Assembly: GCF_006345805.1 (NCBI RefSeq)
Contig: NC_043004.1
Span: 81,406,001 to 81,470,000, forward strand
Origin: Octopus sinensis
Taxonomy: Eukaryota
Direction of reading: 5' to 3'
Length of the DNA stretch: 64,000 nt
The translations under genes were made by a program, and so were the position numbers. Shown here one piece after another: positions 38,800 to 52,240 of this stretch. The notes below the pieces were generated by a model. The model saw only the letters and a program-made list of their open reading frames with translations. It was not told the DNA's origin and did no database searches. Position 1 is the stretch's first letter; every line of letters starts with the position of its first letter.

Positions 38800-38804
<5 letters not shown>
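38560..38804. repeat. Perfect 32-bp inverted repeat around a 181-bp spacer
   Basis: TATAACAATAATTAAGGGTTTAGCAACGAGTT at 38560-38591 and its exact reverse complement at 38773-38804. Confidence 0.85.
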
Positions 38805-38834
<30 letters not shown>

Positions 38835-40584
38835 AAGTGCGAAGTGGATAAAACAGGGGACAACTGATGAAGGGAATGTTCTTTATGTTGCCTGTCTTTT
38901 TTCTCTATTTGTTTCTTTCGTTGTTTGAAAAAGTCTGGCACCGCCTTCCATTGTGGTGCCAACCCATGCCAGCATGGATAATGGACATTACACGATGATG
39001 AATATGGTCACAGTAACCAACAACTGTCATTTTTAGGGCTCATCGTTCTACAAGGGCCCCCCCCCCACTTCCTGTCAACATAGAAATTGTGCTGTGTATA
39101 GTCTTTTACTCGTTTCATTCATCAGACTGTGGCCATGCTGGGGCACCACCTTGGAGAATTTTTGTCAAACGGATCGACCCCCAGTACTCGTTTTTGTTTA
39201 CATAAGCTTGGTACTTATTTTGATTGGTCTTTTTTGTCAAACTGCTAAGTTACAGAAACGTGGACACACCAACATCAGATGTCAAATGCTTGTGGGGGAA
39301 CAAACACAGATGCATACATATACATGCAAAGGGTTTCTTTCAGTTTCTATCCACAAGGCTTTACTCAGATACTTGCCCGAGGTGCCATGCAGTGGGACTG
39401 AACTCAGAACCATGTGGTTGAGAAACAAACTTCTTACCACAGTCATGGCTGCACCTATGTACTTTTTAAATTTTTATTGTAATTTGCATAATTACATCTT
39501 GCCGTGTTTTGTGTAATTATATTTTCTTTTAACTGTTATTAGTCAAGGTATGTTCATGTGGCTAAGAAGCTTGCTTCCCAACCTCGGGCAAGTGTCTTCT
39601 AGTATAGCATCAGGCCAACGAGTGTCTTGTAAGTGAATTTAGTAAACGGAAACTGAGAGAAGCCTGTCAGTGTGTATAAGTACAAGCAAAGCTATGTGGC
39701 TAAGTTCATGACCGCGAACTTTGGCATTGTCATGCTTATGAAGCCGAGCAAAATCGCAGCCCTGGAAGATATTGATGTCACACTAATTGGCACCTGTGCT
39801 GGTGGCATGCAAAAGCACCCCAGTGTTACGCAAATGGTACCCATGCTGGTGGCATGTAAAGGCACCCGTTAATTTCTTGGAGTGGTTGGCATTAGGAAGC
39901 GCATCCAGCCTTCGAAACCATGCCAAATCAGACTGGATCCTGGTGCAGCCTTCCAGCATGCCAGCATGCCAGCATGGACAACGGATGTTAAATGATAATG
40001 ATGAATCATGTAAATTCCTGTTCAGACCTGCAGTGTAGCACTGGGCCAATCAGAACCTTGTGACTGTATTACGTAGACATAAACTGAAAGCTCTGTGTGT
40101 GTGTGTGTGTGTAGACATTTGTGCTATTGTTGTTGCTTCTCCTGTCAACAACTTGTCAGCTTGCTCACATCACAGATGTTTAAAATAAGATCCTTTACTA
40201 GAGAATCGAACATTAGCAACAGCAAAGGCACCAGGCTGTAGAACAACACCTTGATCATACAGTATATTTGTCTAACTCATGCAAACATGGAAAAATAGAA
40301 GTAAAACAGACATTTTGTGTAATTTTTTTTTTCTTTTTGCCGAAGGCATATATGATAGGTTTTAGCTGTTATCTATTTGTATATTCTGCCAGCTTCAGTA
40401 ATTTTACTTCTTTTGATTTAAGTTCAATAATTTCTTCCTTACCAACATATCTACTGTGAAATCCATTCAAAGTATATTATTAATAGTGACCCATTGTATA
40501 AGAAGTATCTTTGAAAGTGTGCTTTTACTATCTGTGTGACATCAGGAAATATGGCATCCACACACATATATACATATAGGTGCT

Positions 40585-40952
40585 GGAGTGGCTGTGTGGT
40601 AAGTAGCTTGCTTGCTAACCACGTTTCCAGGTTCAGTCCCACTGTGTGGCACCTTGGGCAAGTGTTTTCTATAGCTTCGGGCCAACCAAAACCATGTGAG
40701 TGGATTTGGTAGACGGAAACTGAAAGAAGCCCATCATATATATGTGTTTCTGTGTTTGTCCCCCCTCCCCAACATCACTTGACAACTGGTGGTGTGTTTA
40801 CGTCCCCTGTAATTTAGTGGTTCGGCAAAGGAGACCGACAGAATAAGTACTAGACTTACAAAGAATAATTCCTATGGTCAATTTGCTCGACTAAAGGTGG
40901 TGCTCCAGCATGGCTGCAGTCAAATGACTGAAACAAGTAAAAGAATAAAAGA
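40585..40952 (+). mobile_element. tRNA-derived SINE family A, full length; about 20 full or partial copies in the window, e.g. 15217-15586 (-) and 24027-24376 (+)
   Basis: A-box TGGCTGTGTGG, B-box GGTTCAGTCCC, CORE-like ACCTTGGGCAAGTG, internal microsatellite, AAGAATAAAAGA tail. Confidence 0.8.
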
Positions 40953-41145
40953 GTATATATATATTTATATATGATCAAGGGTCGCCAAACTTTTTAGACC
41001 ACTAACCCCTTTGTGGAATCTTTGACAACTCATCCCCCAGGCATGTATAAGAAAATAATGTAGATGTGCATTTATTGACCCCTATAATAGTCCCATAGAT
41101 TTGCAGGGGTCAGTGTCAACCACTTTGTAGACCCCTGATATATAT

Positions 41146-41553
41146 CATCATCATCGTTTAGCGTTCGCCTTCCATGCTAGCATGGGTTGGACGGTTCAAC
41201 TGGGGTCTGGGAAGCCAGAAGGCTGCACCAGGCCCAGTTTGATCTGGCATTGTTTCTACGGCTGGATGCCCTTCCTAACGCCAACCACTCCATGAGTGTA
41301 GTGGGTGCTTTTTACGTGCCAGACGAGGCTGGCAAACGGCCACGATCGGATGGTGCTTTTTATGTGCCACCGGCACATCGTAAAAAGCACCCACTACACT
41401 CACGGAGTGGTTGGCATTAGGAATGGCATCCAGCCGTAGAAACACTGCCAGATTTGACTGGGCCTGATGAAGGTTTCTGGCTTCACAGACCCCAGTAGAG
41501 CCGTTCAACCCATGCTAGCATGGAAAACGGGCGCTAAACGATGATGATGATGA
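41146..41553. repeat. Head-to-head inverted pair of RTE 3' ends
   Basis: Minus copy 41146-41313 and plus copy 41380-41553, both with (GAT)n tails pointing outward. Confidence 0.8.
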
Positions 41554-41624
41554 TATATATATATATATATATATATATATCATCATCGTTTAACGTCCGT
41601 TTTCCGCGCTAGCACAGGTTGGAC

Positions 41625-41673
<49 letters not shown>

Positions 41674-42525
41674 ATTTATAGTTAGCTTGAAAATTCACAG
41701 TGCAAAGTAGGCCAGATATTTTTTCCAGTATAAGGATAAGTTCAAAGATAATTTGAAATGCCTGAACATTACAAAAGAAAACTCTGGGTTTCAAAATTTT
41801 GGAGCTGGAAAAGCATTCACTTCTCCAGTCTGATTCTCAGAGTACTTTATCAAGATCAGTAACAGGGAAAAATAGGAAGACAAACCAACAGAACAACCAT
41901 CTTCCTGCAAACCATCACGATCCATATTGTGATATCTCGACTAGGTCACAGGCTGATTAATAAGTCATGCTCATATATCCATATTGCTTCAGGTAATGCA
42001 AATTGCTTGTGTGGTGTTTGTGATTGTCTTTGTGAATCGATCGGTGGCCGAAGGACTCACATGACGAGTCACCAGGTGAAGTAAATGAATTGTAAACATA
42101 GGTGAGGAGGAGTAGTAGTAGTTTGGGTCTGTTGTTGGTTATCTGTATGGGTATTTTTTTTTGTTGTTGTTGTCTTCTCACTGAACACCTACACGTCACC
42201 CTTAATAGATTCCATCATGCATATAATCATCATCATTCGACATCCGTTTTCCATGCTGGTATGGGTTGGATGGTTTAATTGGAGCTGGTATGTCAAACAG
42301 CTGCACCAGCCTCCAGTCAATTGTTTTGGCTTGGTTTCTATGATTGCATGCCCTTCCTAACGCCGACCACTCCACAGAGTGTACTGGCTGTCTTTTATGT
42401 GTCACTGATACAGGTGCCTTTTACATGCCACTGGCACAGGTACTTTTTAGAAATACAATTAACATTAGAACCAAAACTTGGTTTAATTTTTGCATGTTGA
42501 GAGCATCCAATCGTGTGTATATGTA

Positions 42526-42561
<36 letters not shown>

Positions 42562-45500
42562 AATATATATATCATCATTGTTGTTTAATATCCGCTTTCC
42601 ATGCTGGCATGAGTTGGACGGTTTGACTGAGGGCTGGCAAGCCAGAAGGCTGCACCAGGCTCCAATCTGATCTGGCAAAGTTTCTACAGCTGGGTGCCCT
42701 TCTTGATGCCAACAACTCCGAGAGTGTAGTGAGTATTTATGTGCCACCGGCATGGGTCCAGTCAGCCAGTACTAACATCGACCATGCTCGAATGGTGCTT
42801 TTTACATGCACAGGCACGGAACTAGTTAGACAGCACTAGCATTGACCATATATATATATAATATACATATACATATATAATAGTGTCCCCCGTCATGATG
42901 GGTAACTTTGGAAGTATATTTTGACCACTATGGGTAATATCAGGAAATATCGTGTACATACAATAATTAGAATTTAAATTTTAATTAAATCTCTTGGTGC
43001 TTATACAAAAGAAAATACATGCTAATTTTCAAAAATAAAATATTTAATTATCTTAAAATTTAAATATATTTTTCATTTGTATATTTTCAGTAAATGTTAT
43101 TTTACTAAATTTTATCAACATAATTGTAATCTACTCCATCAAGAATCTCTGCAAAACTTCAACAGTGCCAATAGCACAACTAAAAGCACTCAATACACTC
43201 CGTAAAGTGATCGGCATTAGGAAAGACTTCCAGCCATAGAAACTGTGCCAAAGTTGACATTAGAGTTTGATGCTTGCCAGGTCCTGTCAAACTACCTGGC
43301 CCGTTGCAAAGAGGCATTAAATGGTGATGGTGTGCATTTTCCAAAATGTTTTAAAAGAATCAAAATAGGCAGTGGAGCATCTATTTTTTTTTTTCTATCA
43401 GCTGAGCCTTGAAGAATTCTTATTCGAATGAATCAACCCCTGTACTTTCTTTTTGGTGGTTTTTTTGCTACTTATTCTAAGTTACAGGGATGTAAACACA
43501 CCAACACCGGTTGTAAAGTGGCGGTAGGGTACAGACACGCGTATATACACTGCAGCTTCTTTCAGTTTCTGTCTACCAAACTTACAAGGTTTTGTTCAGC
43601 TCGAGTCTATAGTGGAAGACGCTTGGGACTGAACCCAGAACCATGTGGTTGGGAAAGAAGCTTCTTTCCGCATAGCCACACCTACCTGCACCTCTTTGTT
43701 AAATCTTTTATATTATCTCTCCTCCTTCTCCCTCTCTCTCTCTCTCTCTCTGATGTAAAGTGTTACTGGCAACACTAAACCAACCAACAAACCTACCAAC
43801 ATTTATATATATCAGCTATTATTAAATAGACTTGGTCTGTTAACCATAAACAAAAACATCAACTGAACTAATATAGTTTCGTCTCTTTTGTTTGTTTGTT
43901 TTTTCTCCTTTTTTTTTTTTGGTTACTTTTTTACTGTTTAGAAAACGGGGCAACTCATTTTTCTGACATTAATTGCTATGGATCATAAATACAATTGGTT
44001 TGTTAGTTTTTTTCAATTTTTAACATTAAAGGCATTTTATAAATATACATTCATTTTGAATTCTGTCTAGTCTCTATACACCGACTGGGAAAACATGTCC
44101 CAATTCACAACCTACTTATGACTCTCTCTCTTTCTCTCTCTCTCCCTCCCTCTCTTTCTCTCATACATGCAATTAGAGAAGAGAGGCCTCTCGCTGTTGA
44201 AGTCTTGCTTTTCCTGTGTCAGTTCACCGTAGCTTCTAGAATCTTTGTTTTCTTTTCACCTTGTCTGTGATAAAAGAGTACTACAAACTGGATCTGTGCC
44301 ATTTTCTTGCTGCTCGCTGATTTCATTTTTTTTTTTGTTTTATTCATTCCGTGTATATATTACATCCATCTCTATTTGTGTGTGTATATGCACACATGCA
44401 CGTGTGTGTGTGTGTGTGTGTATAAAGATGTAGATTTGTAGATAGGTATAGTATGTATGGATGTGTGTGTGTGTGTCTACATGACAATCTGAAGTTGATA
44501 CTGTCCTATCTTCCAACATTATCTGTTAATAAGCTGATGGTTTACTTGTACGGTTGTTTGCAGCTCAGATCCTTGAAACAAAAAGCCGAATACATTTGCT
44601 GAAATAGGTTAGGCATAAGTGTGGCTGTGTGGCAAGTCTACTTCCCAACTTCATGGTTTCAGGTTCAGTTCCACTGCACAGCACCTTGAGCAAGTGTTTT
44701 CTACTGCTGCTCTAACCCTCCCCACCAGGGCCTACCAAAGCATCGAGTAGATGTGATAACCTGAAAGAATCCATGTGTGTGAGATCATATAATGAAGTAT
44801 TGCTCATACATGTGACTCCTTTCTCATCTTCCATGAAAATATGCCCATCCATGATGAAATGTTACCTAGTTGAGGACAGGAGAGGTTGTAGAAAATCTGC
44901 TTCGATGAATTCCATCTGACCCATGCAAGCATGAAAAATCATTTAACATCCCTTTTTCTTTGTTGTCATGGGTTAGATGGTTCAACAGCAGCTGATTAGC
45001 CAGAGAACATTCAGTTTGTGTCTATTTCAGTGTAGTTTCTATAGCCAAACCACTTTACGGAGAGTACTTTTTTTTTTATGTGACACCAGCACTTGTGGGG
45101 TCACCAAGTACTCATAAGATGAGAACCATCATCTAAGTAGGGTGTAGGATTGAGGGATATGAAAGTGTGATAAAGCGGACAGGAATAGGTGGCCCCTTGC
45201 TGAAGGGAATATACGTGGCTTTCCTCAATTAGAAAGGGAGGTAGAAAGAGATGTGGGGTCAAAATACTAGGTGGATATGGAAGGGAAAGAGAAAATTGGG
45301 AGTTATAACGATAATGGTGAGGATAGAGATGGAATAGAAGCTTGCATAGCTCAGTGGTTAGTGTCAGGCGCACAATCATGAGGTAGTGAGTTCGATTCCC
45401 AGACCAGACTGTTCTTGAGCAGGACACTTTATTTTATGTTGATCCAGTTCATACAACCATAGAAATGAGTTGCAATGTTACTGGTGCCAAGCTGTATCAG

Positions 45501-48500
45501 CCCCTTTGCCTTTCCCATGGGTAACATTGGTGGCATGGAGAGGAGAGGCTGTTATGCATGGCAACTGCTGATTTTCCATAAAACAACCTTGCCCAGATTT
45601 GTGCATCAGAAGGGAACTGTCTAGATGCAATCCCATGTTCATTCATAACCGAAGGGGGTTCCTTACCCAAAAATTAGTATTAGCATTACCAAAAGCAGAA
45701 ATCTAGTATTATTTGTTCAATCTTTTACCTGTTTCAGTTATTAGACTGTGGCCATTCTGGAGCACTGTTTTGAATTTTAGTCAAACAAATCATCCCCAGT
45801 GCTTTTTTTCTTTTTTAACCAGGTACTTATTCCATCAGTCTCTTTTGTTGAACTGCTAAGTTATGAGGAATGTAACCGGTTGTCAAGTGGTGGTGGGGAG
45901 ACACAACGGGCTTCATTCAGTTTCCATCTACCAAATCCACTCCCAAGGTTTTGGTCGACTAGAGGCTGTAGTAGAAAACACTTGCACGAGGTGCCACACA
46001 GTGGGACTGAACCCACAACCATATGGTTGGGAAGCAAGCTTCTTACCACACAGCCACACCTAACCTGTTATGAACATAATTCAAATGGAAATTGTAGTTA
46101 AGACACCCATGCCGGTGACACGTAAAAAGCACCATCCGAATGTGGCAGATACTAGCATCACCTGACTGGCGTCCGTGTCGGTAACACGTAAAAGCACCAA
46201 CTGATCGTGGCCGTTTGCCAGCCTGCTCTGGCTCCTGTGCCAGTGGCACATAAAAAACACCACTTCACTCACGGAGTGGATGGCGTTAGGAAGGGCATTA
46301 AGCTGTAGAAACACTGCCAAATCAGACTAAAGCCTGGTGCAACCTCCATGGCTTACCAGACCTCTTGTCGAACCGTCCAACCCATGCTAGCATGGAAAAC
46401 AGACGTTAAATGATGATGATGATGATGATTTGGAACTTTGAAAACTTGAAAGATCTGAACTAAATTCATTGTTTCATTTGACCTTGTAGAAGTTTCCTAC
46501 AAGAGATCTCGTTCCAGTGGCTCCGATTCTCTTCAGATATCTTATAGTAATTATACAAATAGTTTTTTGATAAATAAGCAGTGCTTTACAGCTCGTCTTT
46601 TTGTTCTTATAGCTCTTCGTCCATGCTTTTGTAATGAAAATTTACAATTCTAGGGACAGAACAGGTTTTGCTCATTCTTATGAAGATTAATTACAAGTGT
46701 AAAAGTTAATTTCTCGATGACATTTTCTTAATTGATTTGACACATTAACTAATTAGGTGAAATATTCTGAAATCACACACTCACACGTATATTGCAAACA
46801 ACTACATCGTAGAAGTAAGCATTTAATAACATGCAAAGCTGTTAGATTCATTAACACTTTTGTGCATTATTTAGAGAGAGGGGCTTAAAATGTGAGATGC
46901 AGGATGAGTGCGCATGCTTGGTGCTCTAATAAAAAAAAAAAAAGTAAAGAAATAGGTGCTCTACCGCCTCGTTTAATTTACATGTAACTTTCTGAACTTT
47001 TTTTTGTAAAGATTAAGTTTGCAGTGGAATAGATTGTGATTATATTGATAAACTTAATTAAAATACGTTTATTGCAAATATGTTAATGAGTACTCTTTTA
47101 CACATGTTTCAATCATTTGAGTGTGGCCATGCTGGAGCACCGCCTTTAGTCGAGCAAATCGACCCCAGCACTTATTCTGTCGGTCTGTTTTGCGAACTGC
47201 TAAGTTATGGGGACGTAAACACACCACCATCAGTTGTCAAGCGATGTTGGGGGGACAAACACACACATACATATATACGACGGGCTTCTTTCAGTTCCAT
47301 TGCATGGTACCTTGAGCAAGTGTCTTCTATTATAGTTCTTCCAATCCATCAAAAGTGCTGTGCATTTGGTAGTCAAAACCTGAAAGAATCTTATATGTAT
47401 TTATATACTGGTGCTATATATAAAGCTCTGTAAAGTGGTTAGAGTTAGTAAAGGCATCCAGCTATGGAAACCAAGCCAAAACAGATGACTGGAGCCTGGT
47501 GCAGCTCCTGTCAATGCATCCAACCCATGCCAGCATGGAAAATGGGCATTAAATGATGGTGTCTTGACATTGCTTAATGGTTTCATTTATTTATCCATTT
47601 CCTATTTCCTGTGAAAAACCTAATCTATCCTTGAGAAAATATTCCCTGGCTTGGAAGCAGGTGAGGATTGGCAACAGAAAGGGTATCTATCCATCCATAG
47701 AAAAATCTCCCTCACCAACTTTCATCTGACGCATGCAAGTACGGCAAAGATGCTGTTGATTCCCTTATCTTCTCTCTCATTGTATCTCAACTGAGTAGTC
47801 CCTAATCTTTCCCCTGTACTTTTGTTACCTCTGTTACTCTCATCCGACCAATATCTCCGACTACTTCTCCATACCAACCAGTCTGAGACTGCTCCAAGTT
47901 CTCTTATACAAACTTCCTGTTTTAACTGTTTAGCATTCAGATTAATCTGTCAAATTTAACGCTTACACATTCATGTTGTTCTGAAATAATCTGTTTTAAA
48001 AAATTATTTAAAAAACCTTTCATCAAAATTTCATGTTTATTTTTATTACAAACACCAGCCTGTAATCCTTTCATTCACACATTTCTGTTAAAATACTCTG
48101 CATTTGTTTAAATTTATTTTTAAATTAATGAATGATTTGGGAAAATAACTTTACCCTACAAGTATCTCCAGCTACTTAAAAACCAAACCAAACATTAAAT
48201 GCTCTAATGCCCCTCAGTTATTCTCGCCTTCCTGTCTATAGGAGTGCTGAAAATGGCAATGGATTCTTCTTTTCTGCTTTAGGAATATTTATGAAAAGAA
48301 ACCTTTGCTTTTAATGTTACTGTGCAGTAATTGTTTAAATCAAGCTGCACTGCCTGTCCTTCAGTGCAGCCCTCTTGATTTTAATTAACTCCAATTACAA
48401 TTAAAAGAATTGTCAAGAATTCATTCAGTGGACTTGGGATGGTAAGCTTTACTTCCTTTTATTGGAGGAGGAAGTAACATAGGTTTGTAACGAGAATCTT

Positions 48501-51500
48501 TGCTTTATGTAATTAACCCTTTTGATAGCAACCCATCCAGGACCACTCCTAGTTATTTGATGCCAGCTTCGTGTTTGAAAGTGATCTAAATTTAAGCTTT
48601 CCATAAAAATTTTATGTCAGTTTATGTTCAAAACACCAGCTTAACCTTTTTATACCAATCCGCCTGAGACCACCCCCACTTATTTAATAAAAACTTCCTG
48701 TTTTAAAGCAATCTAAAAGCCTTCCACCAAAAATTTCGTTAATTTTCTTTGGTCCTTTCATTTACACATTTTTCTTGCAATACACAGCCTTCGTTTCAAC
48801 CAATTTTCAAAAATAATGAAGAATTTAGAAAATAACTTTATCATTATGGACTTGGTGTTTGGAACATGGAATCAATTTTTGAAGTGTTTTTCCTCTAGAA
48901 CGCTTTAAAACAGGAAGTTTGTATCATAGAACCAATAGCAGGCTTGGGAAGGTTGGTATCAAAAGAGTTATTAATGACTGTTGTTTTACTTAAATTCTTC
49001 ATTTTCAAAACCAAGTGAAACAGAGGCTGCATATTTTAGCAGGAATATGGTAACAAAAGACTTGGTAACATTTCTGATACTTGTTTACAACTTATTTCTC
49101 CTCTAGTCAAAATAATTATTCTTCAAATTCTTTTTGTATCAACTTTGAAACTGAAAAGGAAAATAACCCACTGAAATAAAATATATATACAAAAAAAAAA
49201 GTTTAAAAAAAAACACTAAAGTTTAATTCTTGAGTTAAAACCAAAGTTGCTGCTAAACTTAAAGTCTGGAAGTATCAATGCTTAAATCATCTGTCTTTTA
49301 CTGCTGTTTGTGGAAAGACCTACATCAGAAGTCCTCTGTACTAATATGCTCCTTATCGTAGATGGCAGCACTGTAAACAGAAGTCTTAGTATCCTATTTC
49401 AAGTTTCCAAGAACTTTTTTTTTTTCAGTGGGCGGTGGCTTGGAATCCTAAACCCGGGCACAATCTGAAAGTGTTGCCCTAATTTTTGATAAATTATTTA
49501 CTGAATTGAAATAAGGTTTAAACCTCTAGCTCCTCCTCCAACCCTTTTGATAACTGAATGTCCAAGATCAACCTCTGGATCTGTGATACAAACTTTTATT
49601 TATTTGAAAGCTATCTGAATTAAAACCTCCCATCAAAATTTCATGTTGATTCATATTCCAAACACCAGTGCCACCCTTTTGTTACCAATCCACCCAAGAC
49701 ACTCCTTGGTTTTATGAAACAAACTTTCTGTTTTAAAGTATTCTAAATATTTGTGCATGTATGTGTGTGAATGTCTTCTCCCATGTGATGTCCTTGGCCA
49801 TCATTGACAATGATGGACAAACTAATATATATATGAGAATGTGTATTTGTTTCCTTGTCTTGATATCATGTGATAGTTGTAAATGAGTGCTATTATACAA
49901 GCAGTGTCATTCATCTCAATCTTCTATGGAAACATGTCTAGCCATAGGGAAAGATTGCCATTGTTTGGGAATTGAGTGTTGGTGACAGGAAGGGCATCCA
50001 GCTGCAGAAAATCTACCTCAACAAATTCCATCTGACCCATGACAACATAGAAAAGTGGACGATGAAACAACAACAACAATGATGATGTTAATACATTCTG
50101 CTCCTCCCCCTCATCACCTCCTCTCCTTCATGCATCACTCTGCCCACCCATATTCAACAATGGCACTGCATCTCCTCCACTCAACCCATCCCACCATCTT
50201 TATCACTCTGCTTTTTCTTGACACCCCTTTTTTTCCCTTTTTCCTCCTGCTACACCCTTCTGTATTTGTCTCTGTTTCTCTCCCTCTCTCAACAGCAAAC
50301 CTATGTAACTCTAATAAGATCCTCACTTAAATCTTAACCTGTCCAACCCATCACGGAAGTGGACCAACCCACACCGGCTATGGGTATATCTACTCCACTC
50401 ACCCCCATTTCTCTCCTACCACTCTCCCCTTCCCACTGATCCCTGACATTACTCTATCCTTTCTCCTCTCTTGTGTCCCCACCATTCTTCCAACTTAGCG
50501 CTGGTCTTTCTGTTACTCCCATCACTGCCTTCCTCTCATAGCAATTAAATCTCTTTTCCGTTTCACTCAATTTCTTTTTTAGCCGATATAATTTAAAACT
50601 TTCACTTTATGCAGAAGCTTCCAGTTTTATGTGGGTGAGAGGGATGAAAAATTCCTGATCATTTTTCTTTGGGACAATCTACTGATCGTCAAAATTTTGT
50701 AATTTGGAACTGAAAATCTTAAAATTCTTGAAATATAAATCTCTTGGTGGTTCCAGGCTGAAGCTAAATTTTCAGTAGAACAGAAATCCTTAACAAAAAC
50801 ATTCTTGTTAGAAACAGTGACTAAGAGTTCCAGGAACTTTTTAATTTTAATATTCATGTTATTTGAGTCAGATTAGTCGGCAGTATCAGCTATGGTCAGA
50901 TTTATGTCGCTACTGTCATTGTGTATCAAGGAGTAAAATTTGTCTCGGTCATTCATATTTTAACCCTCTTGTTACCGTATTTCTCTCAAAATACACGGCT
51001 TTTGTTTCAAAAAATTTTGAGAATATTGTAGAATTTAGTATGGTGTTAGTAATAAAAATTGACTTGAAATTTTGATGGAATGATTTGGTTTCAATCATTT
51101 TAAAACGGCGAGTTTGTATCAGAACCAGAGTTGGTTCTGTGATACAAACTTCTAGAGTTGGTCCCAGACGTGTTGGTGCCAAAGGACCAATGTCCACTTT
51201 CCTATAGCCTCATGCCCTTCTTGTCACTAACCCTCACTTTCAAAGCACGGTTAAATTTACCCTTGGCCAAGCATGTTCCCATGGGAAATTTGAAACGAAA
51301 AATATCACTGCATGACAGTCACGCTTGTTTATAACTATCAGAAAATGTCAAGACAACACACTAATTCTCTCTCACACGTACACGTTGGGCTTCTTTTAGT
51401 TTCCAATACCCACTCAAGACATTCAACACAAAAAAGCAAACTTGATGTTTTGTATAAAAAAAATTTTTTTTTTTTTTTATCTTTTAATAAATAAAAAAAG

Positions 51501-51534
51501 CACAGCTAAAACTTTTATTTCAACAAATTTGCAG

Positions 51535-51703
51535 ATCCTTATGAGTCGGATAAGATGATGGCTGATGGCGTCTATCGCTTTCTTGAAGATCTTGGCTTAA
51601 ATCCAGAATCAAGAACGGTCTTGATAATTGCCTGGAAATTTAAAGCAGAAACGCAATGTGAGTTTACAAGAGATGAGTTCTTCCAAGGTATGACAGATTT
51701 AGG
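51535..51703 (+). CDS. DCUN1D1: DCN1-like exon 3 (DPYESDKMMADGVYRFLEDLGLNPESRTVLIIAWKFKAETQCEFTRDEFFQGMTDLG)
   Basis: 169 nt, gcag acceptor and gtgagt donor, PONY/DUF298 motif VLIIAWKFxAxTQCEF. Confidence 0.97.
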
Positions 51704-51842
51704 GTGAGTTTTCTGGTTTTATTCATTTATTTTCACAAATATTACTTAATTATATTTGCTTCTGTATGTTTTGAATTATGCGTGAACATGTAGTCAATGA
51801 ACCATGTCTTCTGTGTATCTGGAATTATGTAGGACATGTGGT

Positions 51843-52240
51843 GGATCTTTTCGGTTTGAACGGTAGTTTTTTCTAGCGGTGTCATATGAAATTGTCACCC
51901 ATAATTATGACCCTAGTATCGATCTATTGCATTTCAATCTGTTTTAGGTTTAGGGGTGGGGGGAAGGGTATCATTTTTTCTTCAGAAGTGTAAATAAACC
52001 CAATCTGTTTCTTAAACGAGGGACATTTTCAAACAGCAGAGAACGTTTTCACCTCAATAGACGTCATTGATTGGTTGAAATTGCAGAAAAAAACAAATAT
52101 CTTACAAACTATAGAATTTTCTCAATAAAGCCAAGAGAAAAAGATGTTTCATAAACACATTCTACCAGTATACGAAGTTTAAAAGTGTTTAGTTACATGG
52201 AAATTATTTTAAAAAACTGTCGTTCAAACCGAAAAGATCC
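51843..52240. mobile_element. Merlin-like MITE, second full copy in opposite orientation
   Basis: Same TIRs; TSD CATGTGGT / CATGTGAT (7 of 8 match). Confidence 0.75.

Noticed and set aside
41463-41480. CTGATGAAGG as another hammerhead (also 38866)
   Set aside because: No downstream stem II or GAAA; at 41463 it is a mutated RTE tail (consensus CCTGGTGCAGCC).
41700-42200. Nested antisense gene in DCN1-like intron 2
   Set aside because: Short ORFs with no recognisable homology and no consistent exon chain.
44564-44607. 44-nt cassette exon in DCN1-like intron 2 (also a 24-nt candidate ending at 48441)
   Set aside because: Only splice-like dinucleotides support them; such matches are expected by chance in 22 kb.
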